Positions 12,283-26,324 of a stretch of DNA of 64,000 bases are shown in pieces. A model generated the notes under the pieces. The model made no database searches. It had not been told where the DNA came from and saw only the letters and a list, made by a program, of their open reading frames with translations. A program made the translations under genes and the position numbers. This DNA comes from Eledone cirrhosa. Taxonomy: Eukaryota. Position 1 is the stretch's first letter. The number at the start of each line of letters is the position of its first letter. The stretch spans positions 23,250,001 to 23,314,000 of the forward strand of contig OZ024765.1 in assembly GCA_964016885.1 (NCBI GenBank), written 5' to 3'.

Positions 12283-13927
12283 CTCTGTGTATGTATGCAC
12301 ACCTATATATGTGTGTATATATGTGTGTCTGTGTGTGTGTATGTCTCTGTGTATGTATGCACACCTATATATATGTGTATATGTGTGTATATATGTGTCT
12401 GTGTGTATGTATTTACTCCTATATATGTGTGTATATGTGTGTCTGTGTGTGTCTCTGTGTATGTATGCACACCTATATATGTGTATATGTATGTATATAT
12501 GTGTGTGTGTGAGTGTATGTCTGTGTGTATGTATGTACTCCTATATATGTGTGTATATGTGTGTATATATGTGTGTATGTATGCACACCTATATGTGTGT
12601 GTATGTATGTATATATGTGTCTGTGTGTGTATGTATGCACTCCTATATATGTGTGTATATGTGTGTCTGTGTGTGTGTATGTCTCTGTGTATGTATGCAC
12701 ACCTATATATGTGTATATGTATGTATATATGTGTGTGTGTGAGTGTGTCTGTGTGTATGTATGTACTCCTATATATGTGTGTATATGTGTGTATATATGT
12801 GTGTGTGTGTGTGTGTGTATATATGTGTGTATGTATGCACACCTATATGTGTGTGTATGTATGTATATATGTGTCTGTGTGTGTATGTATGCACTCCTAT
12901 ATATGTGTGTATATGTGTGTCTGTGTGTGTGTATGTCTCTGTGTATGTATGCACACCTATATATGTGTATATGTATGTATATATGTGTGTGTGTGAGTGT
13001 ATGTCTGTGTGTATGTATGTACTCCTATATGTGTGTATATGTGTGTATATATGTGTGTGTGTGTGTGTATATATGTGTGTATGTATGCACACCTATATGT
13101 GTGTGTATGTATGTATATATGTGTCTGTGTGTGTGTGTATATATGTGTGTATGTATGCACTCCTATATATGTGTGTATATGTGTGTCTGTGTGTGTGTAT
13201 GTCTCTGTGTATGTATGCACACCTATATATGTGTATATGTATGTATATATGTGTGTGTGAGTGTATGTCTGTGTGTGTGTATGTACTCCTATATATGTGT
13301 GTATATGTGTGTATATATGTGTGTGTGTGTGTGTATATATGTGTGTATATGTGTGTATATATATGTATGTATATGTGTGTATATATGTGTGTGTGTGTAT
13401 GTCTCTGTGTATGTATGCACTCCTATATATGTGTGTATATGTGTGTATATATGTGTGTGTGTGTGTATGTCTCTGTGTATGTATGCACACCTATATATGT
13501 GTGTGTATGTATGTATATATGTGTGTCTGTGTGTGTGTATGTCTCTGTGTATGTATGCACACCTATATATGTGTATATGTATGTATATATGTGTGTGTGT
13601 GTGTATGTCTCTGTGTATGTATGCACACCTATATATGTGTGTGTATGTATGTATATATGTGTGTCTGTGTGTGTGTATGTCTCTGTGTATGTATGCACAT
13701 CTATATATGTGTGTATATATATGTATATATGTGTGTCTGTGTGTGTATGTCTGTGTATGTATGTACTCCTATATATGTGTGTATATCTATGTATATATGT
13801 GTGTCTGTGTGTGTGTATGTCTCTGTGTATGTATGCACACCTATATATGTGTGTATATGTATGTATATATGTGTGTCTGTGTGTGTATGTCTGTATATGT
13901 ATGTATATATGTGTGTGTGTATACACA
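11834..13927. repeat. Compound (TG/TA) minisatellite with gcacacctatat anchors
   Basis: Direct inspection. Confidence 0.95.
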
Positions 13928-13962
13928 TAAACTGCTATGTTTCATTTCTTTGTCTTTTCCAG

Positions 13963-14864
13963 AGCCCAAATGTACAATTCAACCATTTGCCACAACCCCT
14001 CTTTCACAGAACTCCCTGAATAAACATTCTTCATCTTATTCTCCTCCTTTACCTTCTTTGTCTTCATACAACCCCGTCTTCTATCAGAACAACCTTAGCT
14101 ACAGCAACAACAACAGTACAGTGAGGGGGCCACCCACAGAATCTAGTGATATCTTTTTCAACGAGAAAACCAAAACAATCAACAACGACAACATTAACAC
14201 AAATCCTTCGTCTGCTTCTTTCAACAAAATGGCAGGCTCCGCTACACATTCAAATGATTTATGTATTGCGGGTCTTAGGAAAGAATTGGAGGAGCAGAAA
14301 ATCCAAATACATACTTTGTCAGAAGAAGTGGATGCTTATAAGAAAGAAGTGCGGAAATTGAAAGAGAGCAGACTTATTTTGTCTGTTCAACGGGACATAT
14401 CCCGTGAGGTTTCTGAGAACATGGCGTCTGGTGTGTCTTCAGGACATAACTATTCCTTTGACAGTCATTCATCGAATCATTTCACCAGTGGTCAGTCCCG
14501 CTCCCCTGTAGCATCTGTTCCTCGGTCTTCAAAATTTCTGAACATCGAACAACCTCAGTTTATATGCACCCACAATACCGAAGCCACGTCAGTTGGTGTG
14601 ACCCGTTCTCACAAGATCTTGCTCCAAATCTGTCGACAGTCTACGACCCAGCTGGAGACATCTACCCTAAAGCAGCACTTGATATCAAACTGGGTCCAAT
14701 GCCCTCCTACAACACTCATCAATGAAGATGATAAGGTTGAATGGTTACAAGATGCACATTATACCCTAAAAGACTCGAAACCCTTAAACAAGGGCAACTG
14801 CATAGAAGGAGCTTGCTCCCTTATATTCCGAATAACACACAAAGGACAGGAGCTCATTCTTAAG
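13963..14864 (+). CDS. PINK1-like kinase, internal exon A (Ser-rich region, coiled coil, start of kinase N-lobe)
   Basis: Acceptor tgtcttttccAG, donor AAG|GTAAAA; open frame EPKCT...LRKELEEQKIQ...GACSLIFR...ELILK. Confidence 0.82.
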
Positions 14865-14872
14865 GTAAAAAC

Positions 14873-15151
14873 ATACTACTACTACTACTCTTACTACTAC
14901 TTCTCTTACTACTACTACTCTTACTACTACTACTCTTACTACCTCTACTACTGCTACTACTACTACTACTCTTCTTACTACTGTTACTACTACTACTACT
15001 ACTACCACCACTACTACTATTACTACTACTACTACTACTGCCACTACTACTACTACTGCTACCACTACTACTACTACTACTACTCTTACTACTACTACTA
15101 CTCTTACTACTCTTACTACTAATACTGTTACTACTACTACTACTACTACTA
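14873..15151. repeat. (TAC)n microsatellite
   Basis: Direct inspection. Confidence 0.97.
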
Positions 15152-15900
15152 CCAAGTCCTTGGCTTGGCAGTGTTACCGAGGGGCTCTACCCGTTCGAGA
15201 CAAGCTCCACAGGCATGGGAGCCTGGGTAGAGATCCTTTGAATAAGATCTGTCCGAGATGCGTGCATGATGACGAAACCGTTGCACACGCATTCGTACAC
15301 TGCCCAGGCATTGCTGACCTGTGGGGCTATGTGGAACGACTACTGTCGAGGGTGGCACCAATCCGGTTGACCACCGAGTCCATTGTCACGATCAAACCGC
15401 CTCCCCCTTTCAAAAACGAAGGAGAGGCGGTTTTTCTCTGTGTGATAGCCATGGCTAAAGAAGTTGTATGGTGGACGAGGCTGAAAGGGCTGAGGTCAGA
15501 CACCTTTCTCTCCGGCCAACAACTGGTCCCCTTTTTCAAATACCATTTTAAAAGAAGGATCAGAATGGAGAGAGAGGTGCTCTACCCCAGCAAGTTTTAT
15601 GAAAGGTGGGTGAAAGTAAGGAGAATGGCCAGAGTGAATGGGTCTTCTCTCTATATCAGCCTGTAGGTGAAAGAAGAGGAAAAAGAGGAGATGAGGGAAG
15701 CACCTACTCTTTGTGCTCCTGAGGAGAAGGGTTGCACATTTTTTCCGGGGTGTGTGCGACCCATGTTAATGCCCCCACCCTATTGAGGACTTCGTTTGTT
15801 GTTATTTCATTTTTATATTTTTGTACTCGTTAATTATATGTAAACTTCCCCCCTTGTATCTGTCCCTATCTTTTGTGCCCTGGTGGCAAATAAAGAAATT
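15152..15900 (+). mobile_element. 5'-truncated diverged Tx1-like copy 3 (ZnF region + 3' UTR)
   Basis: ORF 15160-15666 homologous to the ORF2 C-terminus; ends GGCAAATAAAGAAATT. Confidence 0.9.
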
Positions 15901-17805
15901 ACTCTATATATACTATTGTATTTTCAGAGTAAAGTCTTTACCTCACATAACATTTACATTACTCTATATATACTTTTGTATTTTCACAGTAAAGGCTTTA
16001 CCTCACATAATATCTCACATAACATTTACATTACTCTATATATACTATTGTATTTTCACAGTAAAGGCTTTACCTCACATAATATCTCACATAACATTTA
16101 CATTACTCTATATAAACTATTGTATTTTCACAGTAAAGGCTTTACCTCACATAATATCTCACATAACATTTACATTACTCTATATATACTATTGTATTTT
16201 CACAGTAAAGGCTTTACCTCACATAATATCTCGCATAATATTTACATTACTCTATATAACTATTGTATTTTCACAGTAAAGGCTTTACCTCACATAATAC
16301 CTCACATAATATCTACATTACTCTATATATACTATTGTATTTTCATCGTAAAGGCTTTACCTCACATAATATCTCACACAACATTTACATTACTCTATAT
16401 ATACTATTGTATTTTCACAGTAAAGTCTTTACCTCACATAATATCTCACATAACATTTACATTACTCTATATATACTATTGTATTTTCACGGTAAATGCT
16501 TTATCTCACATAATATCTCACATAACATTTACATTACTCTATATATACTATTGTATTTTCACAGTAAAGGCTTTACCTCACATAATATCTCACATAACAT
16601 TTACATTACTCTATATATACTATTGTATTTTCACGGTAAATGCTTTATCTCACATAATATCTCACATAACATTTACATTACTCTATATATACTATTGTAT
16701 TTTCACAGTAAAGGCTTTACCTCACATAATATCTCACATAACATTTACATTACTCTATATATACTATTGTATTTTCACAGTAAATGCTTTATCTCACATA
16801 ATATCTCACATAACATTTACATTACTCTATATATACTATTGTATTTTCACGGTAAATGCTTTATCTCACATAATATCTCACATAACATTTACATTACTCT
16901 ATATATACTATTGTATTTTCACAGTAAAGGCTTTATCTCACATAATATCACATAACATTTACATTACTCTATATATACTATTGTATTTTCACAGTAAAGG
17001 CTTTACCTCACATAATATCTCACATAACATTTACATTACTCTATATATACTATTGTATTTTCACAGTAAAGGCTTTATCTCACATAATATCACATAACAT
17101 TTACATTCCTCTATATATACTATTGTATTTTCACAGTAAAGGCTTTACCTCACATAATATCTCACATAACATTTACATTACTCTATATATACTATTGTAT
17201 TTTCACAGTAAAGGCTTTACCTCACATAATATCTCACATAACATTTACATTACTCTATATATACTATTGTATTTTCACAGTAAAGGCTTTACCTCACATA
17301 ATATCTCACATAACATTTACATTACTCTATATATACTATTGTATTTTCACAGTAAAGGCTTTACCTCACATAATATCTCACATAACATTTACATTACTCT
17401 ATATATACTATTGTATTTTCACAGTAAAGGCTTTACCTCACATAATATCTCACATAACATTTACATTACTCTATATATACTATTGTATTTTCACAGTAAA
17501 GGCTTTACCTCACATAATATCTCACATAACATTTACATTACTCTATATATACTATTGTATTTTCACAGTAAAGGCTTTACCTCACATAATATCTCACATA
17601 ACATTTACATTACTCTATATATACTATTGTATTTTCACAGTAAAGGCTTTACCTCACATAATATCTCACATAACATTTACATTACTCTATATATACTATT
17701 GTATTTTCACAGTAAAGGCTTTACCTCACATAATATCACATAACATTTACATTACTCTATATATACTATTGTATTTTCACGGTAAATGCTTTATCTCACA
17801 TATTA
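15901..17805. repeat. 72-bp minisatellite (~26 copies)
   Basis: Unit actctatatatactattgtattttcacagtaaaggctttacctcacataatatctcacataacatttacatt. Confidence 0.96.
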
Positions 17806-17819
17806 TCGAATCAATGACA

Positions 17820-17947
17820 TTTGGATTTTATTTATTTTGAGAACAATACGTTAACATAAGTATAATCAGCTGGTTGTGGCTGGTTTGAACAGAAAGAGGT
17901 GAGAGAATTCTGGCTGGATATGGCTGCTTTAAAAGCTAATGGGTTAA
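17820..17947 (-). mobile_element. piggyBac-like MITE terminus, inverted relative to 10939
   Basis: Reverse complement shares GAATTCTCTCACCTCTTTCTGTTCAAACC with 10976-11005; ends GGGTTAA. Confidence 0.55.
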
Positions 17948-18052
17948 TGCGGGTGTGAAGCTTTCATCCTACTGTCCATTTTGCATCGTTCAGCCTTCTT
18001 TCATATATCACTTTCCACATTATTAATATATTTATTTTTGTTGCAATTTTAG

Positions 18053-18688
18053 ATGTTAATAAACATTCTGGAGATGCAGGAATATGGACACAACCAGGGC
18101 TTCAGTTTAACAAACGCCCTTCATCACAGATTCGGTGCAGAGTGTTTACCTAGTTATCTCCCTTTACACAGGAACATTATCAAAATTCTACACAGTTTCA
18201 CTGGATCAACATTAGACTTTCATGATTTCCAACACTACTGCATACCAGAGGAGATATCAGAGCTGGAATTCTCACACCAAACCCAGTTCTTAGTTTTACA
18301 TCGATATCCGACCACTTTGAAGAACTTCTTGGAAAATTCAATACTGGATCATGATGTCTTTAACACGTTTTTCCTCCAAATTCTTTACCAGCTGCTCAGC
18401 GCTGTAGATTTCCTCCAGGAGCATCATATCGTCCACAGAGACATCAAATCTGATAATATATTTCTAAATTCACATCTCCAACCTGTGTTGGCTGATTTTG
18501 GGTTTGCCCAGAAGCTGTACGCTGATAGATCTGTTGATAGCAATGAGGATAATGGTGCTGGCAACAGTCATGAACAGGGCCCCTTATATCCAGACAGCTT
18601 GGATGACATTGAATGTGCCAACCCCCTAGCGTGGGCTCCAGAGTTGATACGATGGAAAAATAAAATTGACGCAATTTGTCTACAAGAG
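18053..18688 (+). CDS. PINK1-like kinase exon B (catalytic core)
   Basis: Acceptor gcaattttAG, donor GAG|GTAAGT, phase 0/0; HRNII, YPTTL, HRDIKSDN, LADFG, WAPEL. Confidence 0.92.
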
Positions 18689-18845
18689 GTAAGTTTTATG
18701 TTTAGTTAGGAAGGAAAAAAAAAAAAAGGGCCAATGTTGGGTAAGTTTAGTGTGGAGTTTATAGAATATATTATGAAGTCTGTAGAGCTGTTATTTCCCT
18801 CATATTACAGAATGTCTTAGGAAAGAATCGAACAGGAGACCCATG

Positions 18846-20636
18846 GTAATGATAGGGTTAAAGACAGGCGATGTTTTTCATTAGAAATATGGTAATGGAA
18901 GGGTTAATGACATAGACAGTGTCTTTCATTAGAAATATGGTAATGAAAGGGTTAATGACATAGACAGTGTCTTTCATTAGAAATATGGTAATGAAAGGGT
19001 TAAAGACATAGACAGTGTCTTTCATTAGAAATATGGTAATGGAAGGGTTAATGACATAGACAGTGTCTTTCATTAGAAATATGGTAATGAAAGGGTTAAT
19101 GACATAGACAGTGTCTTTCATTAGAAATATGGTAATGGAAGGGTTAATGACATAGACAGTGTCTTTCATTAGAAATATGGTAATGAAAGGGTTAATGACA
19201 TAGAGAGTGTCTTTCATTAGAAATATGGTAATGAAAGGGTTAAAGACATAGACAGTGTCTTTCATTAGAAATATGGTAATGGAAGGGTTAATGACATAGA
19301 CAGTGTCGTTCATTAGAAATATGGTAATGAAAGGGTTAATGACATAGACAGTGTCTTTCATTAGAAATATGGTAATGAAAGGGTTAAAGACATAGACAGT
19401 GTCTTTCATTAGAAATATGGTAATGAAAGGGTTAATGACATAGACAGTGTCTTTCATTAGAAATATGGTAATGAAAGGGTTAATGACATAGAGAGTGTCT
19501 TTCATTAGAAATATGGTAATGAAAGGGTTAATGACATAGACACTGTCTTACATTAGAAATATGGTAATGAAAGGGTTAATGACATAGACAGTGTCTTTCA
19601 TTAGAAATATGATAATGAAAGGGTTAATGACATAGACAGTGTCTTACATTAGAAATATGGTAATGAAACGGTTAAAGACATAGACAGTGTGTTTCATTAG
19701 AAATATGGTAATGAAAGGGTTAATGACATAGACAGTGTCTTTCATTAGAAATATGGTAATGAAAGGGTTAATGACATAGACAGTGTCTTTCATTAGAAAT
19801 ATGGTAATGAAAGGGTTAATGACATAGACAGTGTCTTACATTAGAAATATGGTAATGAAAGGGTTAATGACATAGACATTGTCTTTCATTAGATATATGG
19901 TAATGAAAGGGTTAATGACATATACAGTGTCTTTCATTAGAAATATGGTAATGAAAGGGTTAATGACATACACAGTGTCTTTCATTAGAAATATGGTAAT
20001 GAAAGGATTAAAGACATATACAGTGTCTTTCATTAGAAATATGGTAATGAAAGGGTTAAAGACATAGACAGTGTCTTACATTAGAAATATGGTAATGAAA
20101 GGGTTAATGACATAGACTGTGTCTTTCATTAGAAATATGGTAATGAAAGGGTTAATGACATAGACTGTGTCGTTCATTAGATATATGGTAATGAAAGGGT
20201 TAATGACATAGACAGTGTCGTTCATTAGATATATGGTAATGAAAGGGTTAATGACATAGACTGTGTCGTTCATTAGATATATGGTAATGAAAGGGTTAAA
20301 GACATAGACAGTGTCTTACATTAGAAATATGGTAATGAATGGGTTAATGACATAGACTGTGTCTTTCATTAGAAATATGGTAATGAAAGGGTTAATGACA
20401 TAGACAGTGTCGTTCATTAGATATATGGTAATGAAAGGGTTAATAACATAGACTGTGTCGTTCATTAGATATATGGTAATGAAAGGGTTAATGACATAGA
20501 CAGTGTCGTTCATTAGATATATGGTAATGAAAGGGTTAATGACATAGGTAGTGTCTTTCATTAGAAATATGGTAGCGAAAGGGTGAATGACATAGACAGT
20601 GTCTTTCATTAGAAATATGGTAATGAAAGGGTTAAC
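18846..20636. repeat. 48-bp minisatellite (~37 copies) resembling a TTAA-CCCT transposon end
   Basis: Unit atgacatagacagtgtctttcattagaaatatggtaatgaaagggtta. Confidence 0.95.
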
Positions 20637-20662
20637 CCTCTCTTTATTTCTTCCTTATTCAG

Positions 20663-20895
20663 GTGACTCTTGAAAATATCTACCAATATACAGACGTCTA
20701 TGCCATTGGTAGGATGTTTTACACATTCTTTACATCAGCTGACCAGAGTTTTCCAGAAGTGTCAACTTCGAAACCACACTATTCCCCTCATGAATTACCG
20801 ATACTCAGTATACTTCCAGCCCTTTCTGCTATCCTAAAACAGCTTGTACTGGATATACCCTCTAAACGGCTCACAGCACGGCAGGCCATGTTGAG
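20663..20895 (+). CDS. PINK1-like kinase exon C (subdomains IX-XI)
   Basis: Acceptor ttccttattcAG, donor GAG|GTAAT; TDVYAIG, PSKRLTARQA; phase 0 in, phase 2 out. Confidence 0.9.
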
Positions 20896-21048
20896 GTAAT
20901 GAGTCCAGATATGGTCTTCTAATGCCACATATACCACCACACACACCACACACATAAACATATAAACACATACATACACACATACACATAAATACACACG
21001 CATATAAATACATACATTTATATATATGTATATATATATGTATGTATA

Positions 21049-21362
21049 GCCTTGCAATCGAAAGGTTGTGAGTTCAATTCTCAGACCGGGTGATGTGTTG
21101 TTTCCTTGAGCAACACACTTTATTTCACATTGCTCCAGTTTACTCAGCTGTAGAAATGAGATGATAGGGACTGCGGTCCCTATCATTCCACTGAAAAGTG
21201 GTCGTGCAGGTGACACGGCAAAAAAGCACCCAGCACTCACTGTAAATGAGGTTGGTGTTAGGAAGGGCATCCAGCTGTAGAAATCAAGCCAGAATCAGTT
21301 CCCGTCCCACCCTTGCAGGCAGGGAAAAAGCGGACGTAAAATGAAATGATGATGATGATGAT
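21049..21362 (+). mobile_element. SINE family B: tRNA B-box, CORE-like body, RTE-derived middle and (GAT)n tail
   Basis: GAGTTCAATTC; TCCTTGAGCAACACACTT; GTTAGGAAGGGCATCCAGC; tail matches RTE 3' end at 35865-35920. Confidence 0.75.
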
Positions 21363-21467
21363 GTATATATATATATATACCCACAGACATGCATGGGTTT
21401 ATATGTATGTGTGTGTATATATATACAACACATGCTAGCGTGGAAGATGGACGTTAAACGAAGATGA

Positions 21468-21502
<35 letters not shown>

Positions 21503-21644
21503 CACACATACATGGCTTTATATGTATGTGTATATATATATGTTTTGACTTGTGTGTTAAGCAAGCTTTACATCTTGATACGCATTAGACGCAAGTTGGG
21601 TCAGGTGACCGCGTCTCGCTCATACAGAACTGTTTCAGGCTTGC

Positions 21645-24405
21645 TTTCTATGGCTGGATACCCTTCCTAACACCAACCACAGTTACAGTGTTGACTGGGG
21701 GCTTTTTGTCGTGACACCTACATGACCACTTTACAGAGTGGACTGGGTGCTTTTTGTCGTGACACCTACATGACCACTTTACAGAGTGGACTGGGTGCTT
21801 TTTGTCGTGACACCTACATGACCACTTTACAGTGTGGACTGGGTGCTTTTTGTCGTGACACCTACATGACCAGTTTACAGAGTGGACTGGGTGCTTTTTG
21901 TCGTGACACCTACATGACCACTTTACAGAGTGGACTGGGTGCTTTTTGTCGTGACACCTACATGACCACTTTACAGAGTGGACTGGGTGCTTTTTGTCGT
22001 GACACCTACATGACCACTTTACAGAGTGGACTGGGTGCTTTTTGTCGTGACACCTACATGACCACTTTACAGAGTGGACTGGATGCTTTTTGTCGTGACA
22101 CCTACATGACCACTTTACAGAGTGGACTGGGTGCTTTTTGTCGTGACACCTACATGACCACTTTACAGAGTGGACTGGGTGCTTTTTGTCGTGACACCTA
22201 CATGACCACTTTACAGAGTGGACTGGGTGCTTTTTGTTGTGACAGCTACATGACCACTTTACAGAGTGGACTGGGTGCTTTTTGTCGTGACACCTACATG
22301 ACCACTTTACAGAGTGGACTGGGTGCTTTTTGTCGTGACACCTACATGACCACTTTACAGAGTGGACTGGGTGCTTTTTGTCGTGACACCTACATGACCA
22401 CTTTACAGAGTGGACTGGGGGCTTTTTGTCGTGACACCTACATGACCACTTTACAGAGTGGACTGGGTGTTTTTTGTCGTGACACCTACATGACCACTTT
22501 ACAGAGTGGACTGGGGGCTTTTTGTCATGACACCTACAGGACCACTTTACAGAGTGGACTGAGTGCTTTTTGTTGTGACACCTACATGACCACTTTACAG
22601 AGTGGACTGGGTGCTTTTTGTTGTGACAGCTACATGACCACTTTACAGAGTGGACTGGGTGCTTTTTGTCGTGACACCTACATGACCACTTTACAGAGTG
22701 GACTGGGTGCTTTTTGTCGTGACACCTACATGACCACTTTACAGAGTGGACTGGGTGCTTTTTGTCGTGACACCTACATGACCACTTTACAGAGTGGACT
22801 GGGGGCTTTTTGTCGTGACACCTACATGACCACTTTACAGAGTGGACTGGGTGCTTTTTGTCGTGACACCTACATGACCACTTTACAGAGTGGACTGGGG
22901 GCTTTTTGTCGTGACACCTACAGGACCACTTTACAGAGTGGACTGAGTGCTTTTTGTCGTGACACCTACATGACCACTTTACAGAGTGGACTAGGTGCTT
23001 TTTGTCGTGACACCTACATGACCACTTTACAGTGTTGGCTGGGTGCTTTTTGTCGTGACACCTACATGACCACTTTACAGAGTGGACTGGGTGCTTTTTG
23101 TCATGACACCTACATGACCACTTTACAGTGTTGGCTGGGTGCTTTTTGTCGTGACACCTACATGACCACTTTACAGTGTTGGCTGGGTGCTTTTTGTCGT
23201 GACACCTACATGACCACTTTACAGAGTGGACTGGGTGCTTTTTGTCGTGACACCTACATGACCACCTTACAGAGTGGACTGGGTGCTTTTTGTCGTGACA
23301 CCTACATGACCACTTTACAGTGTTGGCTGGGTGCTTTTTGTCCTGACACCTACATGACCACTTTACAGAGTGGACTGGGTGCTTTTTGTCATGACACCTA
23401 CATGACCACTTTACAGTGTTGGCTGGGTGCTTTTTGTCGTGACACCTACATGACCACTTTACAGAGTGGACTGGGTGCTTTTTGTCGTGACACCTACATG
23501 ACCACTTTACAGAGTGGACTGGGTGCTTTTTGTCATGACACCTACATGACCACTTTACAGTGTTGGCTGGGTGCTTTTTGTCGTGACACCTACATGACCA
23601 CTTTACAGAGTGGACTGGGTGCTTTTTGTCGTGACACCTACATGACCACTTTACAGTGTTGGCTGTGTGCTTTTTGTCGTGACACCTACATGACCACTTT
23701 ACAGAGTGGACTGGGTGCTTTTTGTCGTAACACCTACATGACCACTTTACAGTGTGGTCTGGGTGGTTTTTGTCGTGACACCTACATGACCACTTTACAG
23801 TGTGGTCTGGGTGGTTTTTGTCGTGACACCTACATGACCACTTTACAGTGTGGTCTGGGTGGTTTTTGTCGTGACACCTACATGACCACTTTACAGAGTG
23901 GACTGGGTGCTTTTTGTCGTGACACCTACATGACCACTTTACAGTGTTGGCTGGGTGCTGTTTGTCGTGACACCTACATAACCACTTTACAGAGTGGACT
24001 GGGTGCTTTTTGTCGTGACACCTACATGACCACTTTACAGAGTGGACTGGGTGCTTTTTGTCGTGACACCTACATGACCACTTTACAGTGTTGGCTGGGT
24101 GCTTTTTGTCGTGACACCTACATGACCACTTTACAGAGTGGACTGGGTGCTTTTTGTCATGACACCTACATGACCACTTTACAGTGTTGGCTGGGTGCTT
24201 TTTGTCGTGACACCTACATGACCACTTTACAGAGTGGACTGGGGGCTTTTTGTCGTGACACCTACATGACCACTTTACAGAGTGGACTGGGGGCTTTTTG
24301 TCGTGACACCTACATGACCACTTTACAGAGTGGACTGGGTGCTTGTTGTCGTGACACCTACATGACCACTTTACAGAGTGGACTGGGTGCTTGTTGTCGT
24401 GGCAC
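21645..24405 (-). repeat. 48-bp minisatellite (~56 copies) amplified from the RTE/SINE-B internal domain
   Basis: Unit catgaccactttacagagtggactgggtgctttttgtcgtgacaccta, contiguous with GGATACCCTTCCTAACACCAACC. Confidence 0.93.
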
Positions 24406-24499
24406 CGACACAATGACTTTAATAGAAAGATAGTGAGAAGAGGGCTGAATGGGAAAAAAATGTCTGAGAAAAAATCGTGTGTCAGTGATATGCATATAT

Positions 24500-24780
<281 letters not shown>

Positions 24781-24866
24781 ATGAATTGACCTGTAATTTT
24801 TATCTAAAGACATTTTTTCCAATTCCATCCCACCCGTCCCCTCAATCTACCTTATTTCTCATTCTT

Positions 24867-24902
24867 TCTTCTAATGAAGGACTAGCGTCTGAAACGTTAA
24901 GA
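24867..24902 (+). ncRNA. Degenerate minimal hammerhead ribozyme relic (G5>A)
   Basis: TCTT-CTAATGA-AGGACTAGCGTCT-GAAACGTT-AAGA. Confidence 0.45.
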
Positions 24903-25279
24903 CCCTCTTCCTGCTATATCAAGTGTTAACCTAATATATCCCTTCCATATACTGTACTGATTGTGTTGTTATTTCTGTTTAACTTTTACATACACACATA
25001 TATATATATATAAACGGAAAAAATGAAACAAAATTTCATTTCCCACTCTTAGTACGGCTGTTACTTAAATATATGTATGTATACGTATATACATATATGT
25101 ATACAGACGTACAATAGTATGTATATATATATATATACATGCACATATATATATATATGTACGTATGGATTCAGCGAACATTTATTATAATGCTCGGTGT
25201 GTTTGTAAACAAACATCCCGTATGAAGCCGTAGTGTCCAGAAACCATCGTTGCTCGTTTGTTCAACACTGACAAAGGAA

Positions 25280-25320
25280 CGCTGTACTAGTTTCAAGCTT
25301 ATTAGCTATCGTCAGCAACT
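25280..25320 (-). ncRNA. Minimal type I hammerhead ribozyme
   Basis: Reverse complement: GTTG-CTGACGA-tAGCTaataAGCTt-GAAA-CTA-GTA-CAGC. Confidence 0.85.
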
Positions 25321-25767
25321 TATACCTTCCTGCCAGATGGTTGAACATCTGAAAGTATATACTTTCCTTATGCATATTAACGGCTGAGCAGCCTAATTTG
25401 CATATTGAGTGAGTTAATCGGCCCCGGGGTACCGAAAATCATAAACGCAAAAAATGAAACAAAATTTCATTTCTCACTCTTTGTACGGCTGTTACTTAAA
25501 TATAAGTATGTATACGTATATACATATATGTATACAAACGTACAGTAGTATGTATATATATATATATATATATATATACATGCACACATATATATATATG
25601 TACGTATGGATTCACCAAACATTTATTATAATGCTCGGTGTGTTTGTAAACAAACATCCCGCATGAAGCCGTACAGTGTCTAGCAACCATCGTTGCTCAT
25701 TTGTTCAACACTGACAAAGGAACGCTGTACTAGTTTCAAGCTTATTAGCTATCGTCAGGAAGGTATA

Positions 25768-25808
25768 CGTTGCTGACGATCGCTAATAAGCTTGAAACTA
25801 GTACAGCG
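25768..25808 (+). ncRNA. Minimal type I hammerhead ribozyme
   Basis: CGTTG-CTGACGA-tcGCTaataAGCtt-GAAA-CTA-GTA-CAGCG. Confidence 0.85.
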
Positions 25809-25952
25809 TTCCTTTGTCAGTGTTGAACAAACGAGCAACGATGGTTGCTAGACACTACGGCTTACTTCGGGATGTTTGTTTACAAACACACCGAGCATTA
25901 TAATAAATGTTCGGTGAATCCTTACGTACATATATATATGTGTGTGTGCATG

Positions 25953-25996
<44 letters not shown>

Positions 25997-26046
25997 CTAC
26001 TGTACATCTGTATACATATATGTATGTACGTATACATACTTATATT

Positions 26047-26082
<36 letters not shown>

Positions 26083-26084
26083 TA

Positions 26085-26245
26085 TCTTCCATGCTAGTAT
26101 GGGTAGGATGGGTTGACCTTCAGAGAAAGAATGAGGTCAGAGGACCATGTTTAGCTCACCCAGGGCAGATTTTGGCTTGGTTTCTACAACTGGATGCTCT
26201 TCCTAACGCCAACCACATTTACAATCTGGACTGGGCACTTTTGTC
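26085..26245 (-). mobile_element. RTE-related SINE fragment
   Basis: CTTCCATGCTAG tail and GGATGCTCTTCCTAACGCCAACC domain. Confidence 0.65.
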
Positions 26246-26324
26246 TTGGAATTATGATGCTTGGGAAAATTGCAAATGTAGGTAATAATATTTATATATA
26301 TATGAATTGATTGAAAATATATAT

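Larger units (their letters stand above)
25012..26048. mobile_element. Retrozyme-like non-coding tandem repeat (~443-bp period; two units on minus, one inverted partial unit on plus)
   Basis: Units each contain a hammerhead motif; homologous to 50645-51521; TA-flanked. Confidence 0.8.

Noticed and set aside
12513-15122. 869-aa ORF as a single gene
   Set aside because: Only 13963-14864 is coding; flanks are microsatellite read-through
15901-17805. Reiterated acceptor-like TATTTTCACAG followed by TAA
   Set aside because: Unit does not match the real exon B acceptor and such motifs are common in AT-rich DNA; no evidence of use
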